Source: an uncultured delta proteobacterium (lineage in GTDB: Bacteria; Desulfobacterota; Desulfobacteria; Desulfobacterales; SG8-13). From it: 64,000 bases of DNA. The DNA is taken from the NCBI GenBank assembly GCA_963848135.1, contig CAWKCK010000017.1:1344538-1408537 (forward strand), written 5' to 3'. The position numbers and the translations under genes were made by a program. The notes below the pieces were generated by a model. The model searched no databases. It saw only the letters and a list, made by a program, of their open reading frames with translations, and was not told the origin of the DNA. Positions 33,872 through 43,995 of the stretch are shown one piece after another; position 1 is the first letter of the stretch, and each line of letters begins with the position of its first letter.

Positions 33872-36616
33872 TCAGGTCTTCATCAGTTTTCTGAGAACAA
33901 ACGGGAGGATACCACCATGCGCGAAGTAGTCGACATCCACGTCGGTATCCAGCCGAGAGATCACTTCAAATTCGACGGTAGTCCCATCGGGCTTGACGGC
34001 TTTGACCTGCAAAATCTTACGCGGTTTCATGCCGGCCACACCGCTGATGGAGTATGATTCATCGCCATTCAGCCCGAGGCTTTTCGCCGTGACGCCTTCC
34101 TCGAAAACCAGAGGCAATACCCCCATGCCGACCAGATTGCTACGATGGATGCGCTCGAAAGATTCAGCGATAACTGCCGTTACCCCCAGAAGCATGGTTC
34201 CTTTGGCGGCCCAGTCACGTGACGAACCGGTGCCGTATTCTTTGCCACTGACGACGATCAGCGGTTTTGCCTCCTCAATATAGTCTATGGCGGCGTCATA
34301 GACAAACATCTCCTTATTCTCAGGAAACTTTACAGTGTAACTCCCCTCTTTTGGTTCCACCAGCTTGTTTTTGATACGGATATTTCCAAATGTACCGCGC
34401 ATCATGACCTCGTGGTTCCCTCGCCGCGAACCATAAGAATTGAAATCTGCAGGGGCAACGTCCTGGTCGACCAGATAGCGACCGGCGGGGTAATCCACCG
34501 GAATGGCTCCTGCCGGCGATATATGATCGGTAGTCACGGTGTCACCGAGCAGCATCAATGTTGTGGCGGACGCGATATCGCCTGGCTGAGAAAGCGTCAG
34601 GTCGAAATTTTCGAAGTACGGCGGCCGCTTGATATAGGTGGACCGGCTATCCCATTTGAATGTTGTGCTCTGATCAACCGCAAGATCCCGCCAGAACTCG
34701 TCACCGTCGAAAATGCGGCCGTATTCTTCCGTATAGAAGTTCTTCTTGACGTGCTTGCGTACCAGGTCGTCGATTTCTTCGCCGGCCGGCCAGAGGTCTT
34801 CTAGGTATACTGGTTCACCGTTCGGATCAAGCCCCACCGGTTCAAAGGTTAAATCGATATCAATCCGCCCGGCAATGGCAAACGCGACCACCAACATGGG
34901 TGACGCAAGGTAATTGGCTTTCACGTTCTGATGGATCCGGGCCTCGAAATTCCGGTTTCCCGAAAGAACAGAAGCAACGGTCAAATTGTTTTCATTGATG
35001 ACCCGTTCGATTTCAGGATGCAGGGGACCGCTGTTGCCGATGCAGGTCGTGCAACCGAAGGCAGCCAGATGAAACCCGAGTGCTTCGAAGTAAGGCATCA
35101 ATCCGGCGTCTTCGAGATAGCGAAGGACCACTTTTGAACCGGGTGCCAGGGAAGTTTTAACATATGTCGGCACCTTGAGACCCCGCTCTACCGCCTTACG
35201 CGCCAAAAGACCGGCGCCGATGAGAACGTAAGGGTTGGAAGTATTGGTGCAGGATGTGATCGCTGCAATCGCCAAGCAGCCGTCACCGAACTTTTCCGCC
35301 CGGCCGAAGAGGTTGACGTCGAAAAGTCTGGAGTTTACCGGATTGCAAACCGGAGCCCGCATGGTCTGGGATCCGGATTCATCATGGAAATTTGATACCT
35401 GGGCGATGTCGGCATCACGGTCGTATTCACAACCCAGAACATCGGCAAATGAGCCTTTCAGTTTCGGCAGGATGATCCGATCTTGGGGTCTGGCAGGGCC
35501 GGCAACGGCAGGCTCGACCGTTGAAAGATCGAGGTCGAGCACTTCGGTGTATTCCGGATCGTTTTCGCCGGTATAAAAGAGTCCGACAGCCTTGGTGTAG
35601 GCCTCAACGATTTTCGCCTGTTCTTTGCGATTGGTCAGCTTCAAGTAATCCAAAGTCTTCTCGTCCACCGGGAAGAAACCAAGGGTAGCACCGTATTCGG
35701 GCGTCATGTTGGCAATGGTCGCGCGGTCTGGTACCGAAAGTTTCTTCATTCCCGGGCCGAAGTATTCGACAAATTTTTCGACCACATTCTGCTTTCGGAG
35801 CATTTCAGTCACCGCCAAAACCAGATCGGTCGCCGTAACGCCAGCCTTGAGTTCACCGGTCATCCGGACACCGATTACCTGGGGAATCGACATATAGTAT
35901 GGTTGCCCCAACATGACGGCCTCGGCTTCAATACCGCCGACACCCCAACCCATGACGCCGATACCGTCGATCATGGTTGTATGGGAGTCGGTGCCCACCA
36001 ATGTATCCGGATAGGCCAGAAGCCCCCCATCGCTGTCTTCGGTGATGACGACCTGCCCGAGATACTCGAGATTCACCTGATGACAGATGCCGGAGTTCGG
36101 CGGCACGACCTTAAAATTATTGAAACTCTTTTGGGCCCATTTTAACAATGCATACCGTTCTCCGTTGCGCTCATATTCTTTGGCCACATTCTTGGTCAAG
36201 GCGCTTTCGGTGCCGAAATAGTCCACCTGGACGGAATGGTCCACAACCAGGTCCACCGGAACCAGCGGATTGATTTTCATCGGATCGCCGCCGAGCTGCT
36301 TGACGGCATCACGCATCGCGGCAAGATCGACCACCGCCGGAACACCTGTAAAATCCTGCATCAGCACCCGCGCCGGGTGGTAGGGGATTTCGACCGGTTC
36401 AGCATAGGTTTTCTGCCAGTTGGCAATGTTGAGAAGATCTTCTTCGCGAACGATTCGGTCATCCAGTTTCCTGAGAAGGTTTTCAACCAGAATGCGGATG
36501 GAATAGGGCAAACGGTCGATGTCCGCGACACCATTCACCTGCAGTTGCTTGACATCCAAGATGCGGACTTCCTGGCCGTGAACGGCGATCTTCCGAACAT
36601 AGTCGTCTCGTTTCAT
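33872..36616 (-). CDS. acnA: Aconitate hydratase AcnA
   Basis: QDFTGVP, DHSVQ, GTDSHT, TSCTNTSNP, GCTTCIGNSG, TTDHISPAG, GSSRDWAAKG; GAGGAG RBS before ATG 36616. Confidence 0.96.
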   Translation of the reverse strand: MKRDDYVRKIAVHGQEVRILDVKQLQVNGVADIDRLPYSIRILVENLLRKLDDRIVREEDLLNIANWQKTYAEPVEIPYHPARVLMQDFTGVPAVVDLAAMRDAVKQLGGDPMKINPLVPVDLVVDHSVQVDYFGTESALTKNVAKEYERNGERYALLKWAQKSFNNFKVVPPNSGICHQVNLEYLGQVVITEDSDGGLLAYPDTLVGTDSHTTMIDGIGVMGWGVGGIEAEAVMLGQPYYMSIPQVIGVRMTGELKAGVTATDLVLAVTEMLRKQNVVEKFVEYFGPGMKKLSVPDRATIANMTPEYGATLGFFPVDEKTLDYLKLTNRKEQAKIVEAYTKAVGLFYTGENDPEYTEVLDLDLSTVEPAVAGPARPQDRIILPKLKGSFADVLGCEYDRDADIAQVSNFHDESGSQTMRAPVCNPVNSRLFDVNLFGRAEKFGDGCLAIAAITSCTNTSNPYVLIGAGLLARKAVERGLKVPTYVKTSLAPGSKVVLRYLEDAGLMPYFEALGFHLAAFGCTTCIGNSGPLHPEIERVINENNLTVASVLSGNRNFEARIHQNVKANYLASPMLVVAFAIAGRIDIDLTFEPVGLDPNGEPVYLEDLWPAGEEIDDLVRKHVKKNFYTEEYGRIFDGDEFWRDLAVDQSTTFKWDSRSTYIKRPPYFENFDLTLSQPGDIASATTLMLLGDTVTTDHISPAGAIPVDYPAGRYLVDQDVAPADFNSYGSRRGNHEVMMRGTFGNIRIKNKLVEPKEGSYTVKFPENKEMFVYDAAIDYIEEAKPLIVVSGKEYGTGSSRDWAAKGTMLLGVTAVIAESFERIHRSNLVGMGVLPLVFEEGVTAKSLGLNGDESYSISGVAGMKPRKILQVKAVKPDGTTVEFEVISRLDTDVDVDYFAHGGILPFVLRKLMKT

Positions 36617-36637
36617 GGGCACTCCTCTTTTTTGCAG

Positions 36638-37300
36638 CTAGATTGTTTCGAATTCGATCTTATCGACAAATTTGATCCAATCGAACCCAAAATATCCTTG
36701 GGCGACCGCCCGGATCGGGTAGCCGTGTTTTTGGGGCAGCATCTGCCCGTTGATCTCATGGGCAAGAAATACAGTGTCCGACTGGATTTCGGATACCTCA
36801 AAGCGTTTTGATTTCTCATCGGAGCCGTTTGGCCCGCGAATCGTGACATGGGTGATACGACTGTCAGCGCGGGCGGCCTTAAGAAGCTGGGCTATTGAAA
36901 TCCCTTTCCAGCGCCCGAAGTTAGCAAATACCCCCGGACAGATCAAAAGAACATTTTTCTCGACTGCCGGTAACTTCATAATATCGGTAAAGCCCAGGCT
37001 GAGAGGTTTTTCGACCTGCCCGGTGACCGCCAGGCGCCAGGCCTCGATTTCAACCGCGTGATCGCTCAATCCCATGGTTTCGAACTGACTCAGCGGTAGG
37101 GGTTGAAGATTGCGCGTATCCAGATAGCGTGGATTTTTATTGATCAAACTAGCCATTGGGGTATTGGCAGACAAAATCTGTCGCTTTAATTTCGCTTCTG
37201 TCGCTCGGACCCGGGACGACCAGGGGTAAAAATTCAGAAAAACCGCGGCCATTGAACCGAACAGCCTTTTAATGAATGTTCGTCGTGTACCTGAAATCAT
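36638..37300 (-). CDS. Tat-exported molybdopterin-dependent oxidoreductase (sulfite oxidase / MsrP-like Moco domain)
   Basis: TRRTFIK twin-arginine signal; WRLAVTGQV, Moco Cys LICPG, WKG, HGYPIR..GYFG..WIKFV. Confidence 0.82.
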   Translation of the reverse strand: MISGTRRTFIKRLFGSMAAVFLNFYPWSSRVRATEAKLKRQILSANTPMASLINKNPRYLDTRNLQPLPLSQFETMGLSDHAVEIEAWRLAVTGQVEKPLSLGFTDIMKLPAVEKNVLLICPGVFANFGRWKGISIAQLLKAARADSRITHVTIRGPNGSDEKSKRFEVSEIQSDTVFLAHEINGQMLPQKHGYPIRAVAQGYFGFDWIKFVDKIEFETI

Positions 37301-37399
37301 CGCCTGTAGCCTTCGGATGTCAGTCTTTTAGCCGGTCTCTGCCGGGTGATCGATCGTATCGGGAACCCTCCGAGGCGATCAGTGGGTTCAACGGCGGTG

Positions 37400-38098
37400 T
37401 CAGCCTTCCTTCCGCAGCTTCTTGATTATTTTTGGAATAAAGAACGAAAACGCAAATAATGCAAGTGAGAAAAATACCTTGAAAGAAACCAATTCCCCCC
37501 AATTACCGGATGCCCATACGTCTTTAATCGTCCCGATAAAAAAGGTGAATATAAAGGTGCCGACGATGATACCCAAGCCGGTACCGGCGGTGTAGTCCCA
37601 AAATCGTACGCGTGTCAGACCCATGCCGAAGTTCATCGGCGTGAAGGGAAAGTATACCAGACGCAGGTAAAGCACGGTTGCAAAACCGTTACGCTCGATG
37701 GCCTCGTCGTATTTTTTCAAACGGTTACCGATCAGTGACGCGGCGAATTCGCGCCCCAGGGTTCGCCCGATGACAAATGCGGCACATGCACCCAACATGG
37801 CGCCGAACCAAACGTAAATGAAACCCCAGTAAGGACCGAATATCGCCGCACCCAGCCCGGTGAGAAGGGTCCCAGGGATAAACAGGCAGACCCCGACAGT
37901 ATATATCAAGATAAAGACCAAGGGAGCCCAGATCCCAGCGGTATCCAGAAATTTTCCCAGTTGTTCTGCGGTCAGTATCTCTTTTATCGGGGTAAATCGC
38001 ACCAGAATAATGGCTCCGGCCACAAATGCTGCCAAAATAGCGGCCTTAAATATGGCCTTACCCCGGCCCCCAGACGCTTGTTTTTCAGCGGATTCCAT
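37400..38098 (-). CDS. TVP38/TMEM64 (DedA/VTT) family membrane protein, YdjX/YdjZ-like
   Basis: FIPGT..G..FG..G, AFVIGR.LGR, LRLVYFPF..NF..G.T. Confidence 0.88.
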   Translation of the reverse strand: MESAEKQASGGRGKAIFKAAILAAFVAGAIILVRFTPIKEILTAEQLGKFLDTAGIWAPLVFILIYTVGVCLFIPGTLLTGLGAAIFGPYWGFIYVWFGAMLGACAAFVIGRTLGREFAASLIGNRLKKYDEAIERNGFATVLYLRLVYFPFTPMNFGMGLTRVRFWDYTAGTGLGIIVGTFIFTFFIGTIKDVWASGNWGELVSFKVFFSLALFAFSFFIPKIIKKLRKEG

Positions 38099-38299
38099 GT
38101 GTCGACTCCTGCACGGAAAAAACCTCAATGCTCAATATTACCCGACCACTGCTTCTTTGAGTAAACAGTCTGAATCAGATTGGCTTAAGCCGGATATTTG
38201 ACCCGCCGGAGGCTTTCTTGGCCAAGGCGTTTCGGAGCGAAGCTGTCGTCGGGCTACCGCAAGCTTCGAATAATGCCGGCCAGGCAAGCCTTCGGTGGT

Positions 38300-39760
38300 T
38301 CAGCACTCTTCCGGGCTACAGGCCCGGCCTTTTAGATTAAAAAAGAACTTCAGAGTATTCTTAACTTTATCGGAAAATATTTTTGGAGAGAAATAGTTGC
38401 CCGCCACCCGTTTGTTTATTTCACCAATCGTCGGATAGGGATGGACGGCTGCCGCCAGAGTGGACAGTTTAACCTTTCCATTGAGGATAGCAACCCATTC
38501 ACCGAGTAGGTCACCGGCGTGGGGTCCTAAAATCTGAACACCGATTGGTTTTTCCTTGCCGTCCAGGATCATTTTAATTTGGCCGTTCCGTTCGCCCTCG
38601 GCGAGACTGCGGTCATTGTCTTTGAATGCTTCGGTCCAAACCGAATAGTCTATACCGGCTTTTCGGGCTGCGTTTTCGTTCATACCGATGCTGCCCAAAG
38701 GGGGATCCGTAAACGTGCACCAGGGCAGGAACGTATAATCGGTTTTACGGGGCAAGTGGAAAATGGCATTACTCACAACGATCCCGCCTTCATAACCGGC
38801 GGCGTGCGTAAATTGGTAACCACCCTTAACATCGCCGGCAGCGTAAATGTGCTTACGGGTCGTTCTCAGGCGGTTGTCAACTTTTATCCCCTGCCGGTCG
38901 TATTCAACACCGATGGTTTCGAGACCGAGGCCATCGATGTTGGCGCCCCGCCCCGCAGCGACCAGGATGGTTTCGGCTTTCAGTGAAACGCTCTGCCCCT
39001 CGGGCGTCTTGAGAGAAACCTCTATCTGGCCGCCGAGATCCTTAACATATTCGATGGCCGCTCCCAGGAAAAATCTGACACCTTCAGCGGACATGACATC
39101 TTTGACGATCTCCGCCATGTCCTGATCTTCTTTTCCCAGGATTTGTTCGGCAACATCGAGTATGGTCACCCGGGTACCGAGACGGTTAAAAGCCTGCCCC
39201 ATCTCGCAACCAATCGGACCGGCACCCAGAACAAGCATGGAAACCGGCAGGCGATCCATATAAAAAATTTCACGGTTGGTAAGATAGGGTGTTTCAGCCA
39301 GTCCTGGAATCGGCGGTGCAACCGGGGATGAACCGGTGGACACAAGCCAGTTCTTTGCCGAGTAGGATCTCCCGTCCACACGCACGGTGTGTTGGTCGGA
39401 AAAAGTCGCTTCACCGAATACCACCTTGGCGCCAAGTTTGCAAAATCGCTCTTCGGAATCGTGTTTTTGGATGGTATCGATAACTCGTTTGATCCGATTG
39501 GATATATCTCTGAAATCCACTGGTGGTAATTCAACTGTCGGCAGGCCGAAATCAGCAGCGTTTTTCATTTGATGATAGATATGGGCGCTTTTGATCAATG
39601 TTTTACTCGGGACACAACCAAAATGGAGGCAGTCACCACCCAGCACATTGTCCTTTTCAATCAAGAGTGTCTTCGCTCCCAGTTGAGCGGCACCGGCCGT
39701 CGTCGTCAAGCCGGCGGCACCCCCACCGATGATCCCGATATCAAAGTCGAAATTCGCCAT
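38300..39760 (-). CDS. FAD-dependent pyridine nucleotide-disulfide oxidoreductase (MerA/Lpd-like)
   Basis: GGGAAG, GGDCLHFGCVPSK, GAGPIG, AAGD, HPYPT; lacks the MerA C-terminal CC pair. Confidence 0.9.
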   Translation of the reverse strand: MANFDFDIGIIGGGAAGLTTTAGAAQLGAKTLLIEKDNVLGGDCLHFGCVPSKTLIKSAHIYHQMKNAADFGLPTVELPPVDFRDISNRIKRVIDTIQKHDSEERFCKLGAKVVFGEATFSDQHTVRVDGRSYSAKNWLVSTGSSPVAPPIPGLAETPYLTNREIFYMDRLPVSMLVLGAGPIGCEMGQAFNRLGTRVTILDVAEQILGKEDQDMAEIVKDVMSAEGVRFFLGAAIEYVKDLGGQIEVSLKTPEGQSVSLKAETILVAAGRGANIDGLGLETIGVEYDRQGIKVDNRLRTTRKHIYAAGDVKGGYQFTHAAGYEGGIVVSNAIFHLPRKTDYTFLPWCTFTDPPLGSIGMNENAARKAGIDYSVWTEAFKDNDRSLAEGERNGQIKMILDGKEKPIGVQILGPHAGDLLGEWVAILNGKVKLSTLAAAVHPYPTIGEINKRVAGNYFSPKIFSDKVKNTLKFFFNLKGRACSPEEC

Positions 39761-39851
39761 GCTAACCTCTCCGCTCGCTGGTTGAAGTTATAAAATTATC
39801 GCGATGGTCCCCGAAAATGTCTCCGTTGGCCCCGAAAGTAAAATCTTCGCG

Positions 39852-40319
39852 CTATTCAAGCACCCCGGGCCAGTTTTGTTCGGCCTTATGAATGTACCCC
39901 AGAATGTCTTCTTTCCACTTCTGCTGGATCTCGTGGTTGTAATTCAGATAGAGTTTGTCGTCGACAATTTGCCAGCCGTTAACCGGATCGATGTCTGCGG
40001 TGGTCCCCATCGCAACGGCGTAAGCTCAGTAGCCGCCATACTGGGGTGCATACCTCTGCGGATCGGATTTAAAACGTTCGAGATGCTCGGCGTCCGCAAA
40101 TCGCCATTTAGCGCCGCGCCATTTAAACTCAAACTTTTTATTGCCTTTGATCGGTCGGCCTTCGATGAAATAGGCCACCGGATCATAACCCTTAACGGCA
40201 AGCCCCAGCCAATTGGTGTTTACCGGCTTTTTGTTCCGAAATGCTTCCAACGTATCAACCGGCATTAGAAATGTTACGAGAATTAAAAGCAGCGTCAATG
40301 TCAATCGACTTCTGATCAT
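39852..40319 (-). CDS. YHS-domain secreted (seleno)protein, in-frame TGA read as Sec (155 aa)
   Basis: GYDPVAYF...APQYGGY-TGA(40028-40026)-AYAVAMG...WQIVDDKLYLNY...KAEQNWP to TAG 39852; the TGA occupies the conserved Cys of PQYGGYCA. Confidence 0.88.
39993..40016 (-). promoter_or_regulatory. Candidate bacterial SECIS element
   Basis: GUUGCG-A-UGG-GGA-CCA-C-CGCAGAC hairpin; G-starting loop 19 nt after the UGA. Confidence 0.65.
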
Positions 40320-40641
40320 GATCGCCTCCCGGTGGAATGGTTGTTTTGAGGTGAAAGCGCAACAGATGGATTTAAGTTCACACGACCGAAGCCCGTATTA
40401 ACAATACACCAAGATAACGCACAAATTCATCCCATGCCACCTTCGCCCCTATTCGACCGCGCCTAAGATGGTGTCCATCCGTACAAGGCAGATAGCGCTC
40501 TTTTGTATCCCATTTCTTGCTTGGTCGCTGGCAGAACGGCAAACTTACAGACACGGTTACCGGATAAGAGACGACGATCGGGGCCGATGCAGAGTATTTG
40601 GAAGTTGCGATATAATAAAGGCGGCTGACGGACGGGTTGCG

Positions 40642-41493
40642 TCAGATCTTGCCTTTCCACGGTACCAGTTTAAATTCCAGGTACCGCATCAACAGGTCGC
40701 TGAGCAGGGCAATCACGCCAATCACGACAATACCCATCACAACCACATCGGTTACCAGAAATTCCGAAGCGTTCAGGATCATGTAGCCCAATCCGGCTGC
40801 CGCCGCCACCATCTCTGCAGCAACCAGGGTCGTCCAGCCGAAGCCAATGCCGATACGCATTCCGGTTAATATTTCCGGCAAGGCCGCTTTGAGCACCACA
40901 TGACGTATGACCTGCGCCCGGGTCGCACCAAGGGAGTAAGCGACGTGGATCTGTTCAATGGATACCGACCGAACGCCGGCCCTGGTGCTCAGGGCCATTG
41001 GTGCAAAACATGCGAGGTAAATGAGAATAATCTTCGAGAGTTCATCGATACCGAACCAGATGATAATCAGCGGTAGATAAGCCAACGGTGGTATCGGTCG
41101 GTAAAACTCGATGGGTGGGTCGAACACTCCCCTAAAAATTCGGCTCATCCCCATGGCCAAACCAACAGGTATCGCGGTGATACAAGAAAAGAAAAAGGCT
41201 AAAAAGACCCTGTATATGCTGACCCAAGCATGAACCCAGAGTGTGGAACCACCGAATCCGACGGTTCCGACCTCGATGGCCCGGTTCCAGACCGCAGCGG
41301 GCGACGGGAGAAACAGGGGATCCACGATTCCCCACCTTGTCAGCGCCCACCAGAGGAATACCAATATAAAGACCGTGACAATACTGATCGCGAGGCTGCG
41401 CCCGCTGCCGGGGGCACCGTATCCCTCACCAGCCGGTGTGTCGTCCCCGTTGACTTCACGCAAAAGCAGCGATATCAATTCAGGCCGTTTCAT
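40642..41493 (-). CDS. tauC: Taurine ABC transporter permease
   Basis: DPPIEFYRPIPPLAYLPL, GWTTLVAAE. Confidence 0.88.
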   Translation of the reverse strand: MKRPELISLLLREVNGDDTPAGEGYGAPGSGRSLAISIVTVFILVFLWWALTRWGIVDPLFLPSPAAVWNRAIEVGTVGFGGSTLWVHAWVSIYRVFLAFFFSCITAIPVGLAMGMSRIFRGVFDPPIEFYRPIPPLAYLPLIIIWFGIDELSKIILIYLACFAPMALSTRAGVRSVSIEQIHVAYSLGATRAQVIRHVVLKAALPEILTGMRIGIGFGWTTLVAAEMVAAAAGLGYMILNASEFLVTDVVVMGIVVIGVIALLSDLLMRYLEFKLVPWKGKI

Positions 41494-42302
41494 TTTTTCG
41501 GGGTCGCACTTCCAGATGTTAAGAAGCCTTGTTGGCGGATGATTGTAAAAACAGTTTCGCGCATGGCGATGTAATCCGGCTGTGACTTGATCGCCCGCGA
41601 ATCCCTGTGTTCGAGATACCGGCGGGAAAATTCGGGCTCAAAAGAATGGACGATCCGACCGGGTCTGGAAGACATCACCACCAGGCGTGTCGCCAAAAAG
41701 AGTGCTTCCTCGACACTGTGGGTGATGAAAAAAATCATTTTACGGGTGTCGGCCCACACATTTAAGAGCAACTCCTGCATGCTGTCCCGGGTTAGGGCGT
41801 CCAACGCACCGAAGGGTTCATCCATCAGCATAATCTGCGGATCGCTGCTCAGTACCCGCGCGATGCCGAGGCGCTGCTGCATACCGCCCGAAAGCTGATA
41901 AATGGGGTAATTCTGGAATTCTGCCAGCCCGACAAGAGCCAGAAATCGGCGTGCCACCTCTCGACGCTCCTGACGGGAAACCCCTTGAAGCATAAGCCCA
42001 AATTCGGCGTTCTCGATGACATTCAACCACGGTAAAAGCGCGTGTTTCTGAAACACCACCCCGCGGTCTTTGTGGGGACCGACCACTTCTTTGCTGTCAA
42101 ATAGGATCCGACCTGTTGTCGGCCGGATGAACCCGGCCAGTAAATTTAGCAGAGTTGTTTTGCCGCACCCCGAAGGACCCAGCACGACCAAAAACTCCCA
42201 ACCCGCGACATCCAAGTTGACATCATCGAGAACCGCAATACTTTCACCAGCTTCTCGACCGGGAAACGTGAGGGTAACATTTTGGATTTCAAGTTCAGTC
42301 AC
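41490..42302 (-). CDS. tauB: Taurine ABC transporter ATP-binding protein
   Basis: [28 protein letters not shown]-terminal [11 protein letters not shown]. Confidence 0.88.
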   Translation of the reverse strand: MTELEIQNVTLTFPGREAGESIAVLDDVNLDVAGWEFLVVLGPSGCGKTTLLNLLAGFIRPTTGRILFDSKEVVGPHKDRGVVFQKHALLPWLNVIENAEFGLMLQGVSRQERREVARRFLALVGLAEFQNYPIYQLSGGMQQRLGIARVLSSDPQIMLMDEPFGALDALTRDSMQELLLNVWADTRKMIFFITHSVEEALFLATRLVVMSSRPGRIVHSFEPEFSRRYLEHRDSRAIKSQPDYIAMRETVFTIIRQQGFLTSGSATPKK

Positions 42303-42360
42303 TATTTTTGAGTTCAGATTCTCGTTGATATGAAAATAGGGTCTCGATAGGCGTCGGCCG

Positions 42361-42414
42361 ATTCAATAGCCTCCGACAAAGCCGGAGGCATGGATTGTGA
42401 ACTGCTTAAAACGG
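42361..42414 (+). repeat. IS200/IS605-end-like mini repeat, copy A
   Basis: ATTCAATAGCCTCCGACAAAGCCGGAGGC...TTGTGAACTGCTTAAAACGG; similar to 54817 and 56199. Confidence 0.6.
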
Positions 42415-42464
42415 CGTTTTCAAAATGTTATTGCGGGCAACCCGCCCGGCATTGAATATGATTT

Positions 42465-43481
42465 TTAAGGTTTTTTTAGCGCCATTTCCACCCAGCCCGG
42501 GTTGATGTGTGCGCTGTAATCAGGAAGCACGGCCGGTATTTTTCGTTCGTTTTTTAAAAATTCGGCTGTTGCCAGCAAGGCCCTTGCCGCCCCGCCATCC
42601 TTACCGCATCCCAACCACTGGCAGGAGGCCTGCTGCTCCAGATCAGGAAAGACATAACTGGCCAAAACTCCGGGAACATCCGCCGGATTTCCGCCGACAA
42701 GGCCGACAATGGCTTGCACGGGTTGAGAGTCAGATGTCCAGGCCACTGAATTGTCGCGATATTCGGCGTCTGTCTTTGCTAAAACCGAAACGAACTGGAT
42801 CATAAATTCGGAATGGCTTTGGGAGAATTTTCGATCGGCTATCAAACCGTCAAAGGTGGGTTTACCCCACCGGCCCAAATCGCCGGAGGTAATTAGTACC
42901 TTACCGGTTTTTTTGATGGTCGAAAGCGCCGGATCCCAGACAAATGCAGCATCGATATCCCCGCGCTGCCAAGCCGCCGCAAGTCCGTTGGGTGGTAAAT
43001 TCAGTATGGTTACATCGCCGGGGTCGATACCGAACTGTTCAAGGGCAAACAGGGTGTGGAAATGCGTCGTCGATACAAAAGGCGTCGCCAGTTTCCGGCC
43101 CTTCAAGTCCTGGGGCGCGACAACGCCTGAACCGTTTCGCACCACGAGGGCTTCCGCTGAAGCGATGCCTTCAGCTATCCAGAATAGCTCAACGTCAAGA
43201 CCCCGCGACATGGCTGTGCTGACACCTGTCGACCCCAACAAGCCGATTTGTACGTCACCGGAAGTAATCGCCGGCAGAAGTTTTCCAGGCGAATCAAATT
43301 TGTACCACTGGATCGTGTAGCCGGTCGCTTTTTCAAAATCTCCACGGGCAATGGCGACCTTCCAGGGATTGAAAATGAGTTGATACCCGATGGTCACTTT
43401 CTTTTGTTCTGCCTGAACCACCGGGCAGAGAAGGGTCAAAGCAACGACAACGAGTAGAAGATGAACAGCGCTCTTTTTCAC
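42465..43481 (-). CDS. tauA: Taurine ABC transporter substrate-binding protein
   Basis: Signal peptide; VTIGYQ, ATPFVSTTH, AAWQRGDIDAAFVWDP, GKPTFD. Confidence 0.87.
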   Translation of the reverse strand: MKKSAVHLLLVVVALTLLCPVVQAEQKKVTIGYQLIFNPWKVAIARGDFEKATGYTIQWYKFDSPGKLLPAITSGDVQIGLLGSTGVSTAMSRGLDVELFWIAEGIASAEALVVRNGSGVVAPQDLKGRKLATPFVSTTHFHTLFALEQFGIDPGDVTILNLPPNGLAAAWQRGDIDAAFVWDPALSTIKKTGKVLITSGDLGRWGKPTFDGLIADRKFSQSHSEFMIQFVSVLAKTDAEYRDNSVAWTSDSQPVQAIVGLVGGNPADVPGVLASYVFPDLEQQASCQWLGCGKDGGAARALLATAEFLKNERKIPAVLPDYSAHINPGWVEMALKKP

Positions 43482-43995
43482 GGCACCTCCTCACATTTGA
43501 CTGTGGTTGAATTCGGGCTGTTTCTTGAAAATCGTTATGAACCCCGGCAAGACAGGGCAAAATCGACGAATAAAAGGAATCTATGAATGTTATATGGACG
43601 AGCACTCTCGCGTCGCATCTCATACTGTATGCTTATCGCCGTCGAAAATGACTTTACTGTTCATACCATAGGTAAAGGGTAAGTCAAGCGGCAGGTGAAG
43701 ATCCTTACAGTTATCGAAGGCCGTCTATCCCCAATCTTTCATGAAATATCCGGACGAAAAAAAGCCGAGTATTTCCGACCCCTCTTCCGCATATTCCATC
43801 TTGGTTTCAACGCATCGGTGCAACACGCACAACGGTAAAGGAAGGGGATAGCGGTGGTCTGTTGACTTCAATTTTTTCGTCATTACAATTTGGCTTGGCT
43901 CCCCGGATAATAGTGATTGCCATTCCTTTACGCCGTGCGCAATTTACTACTGTTCTGAAATTGTGTCTAACCAAGGAAAAGAAGGAGGAAGAAAC

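Noticed and set aside
38300..39760. Calling the flavoprotein merA or lpdA
   Set aside because: It has no C-terminal vicinal Cys pair, no NmerA domain, no mer genes and no 2-oxoacid dehydrogenase context.
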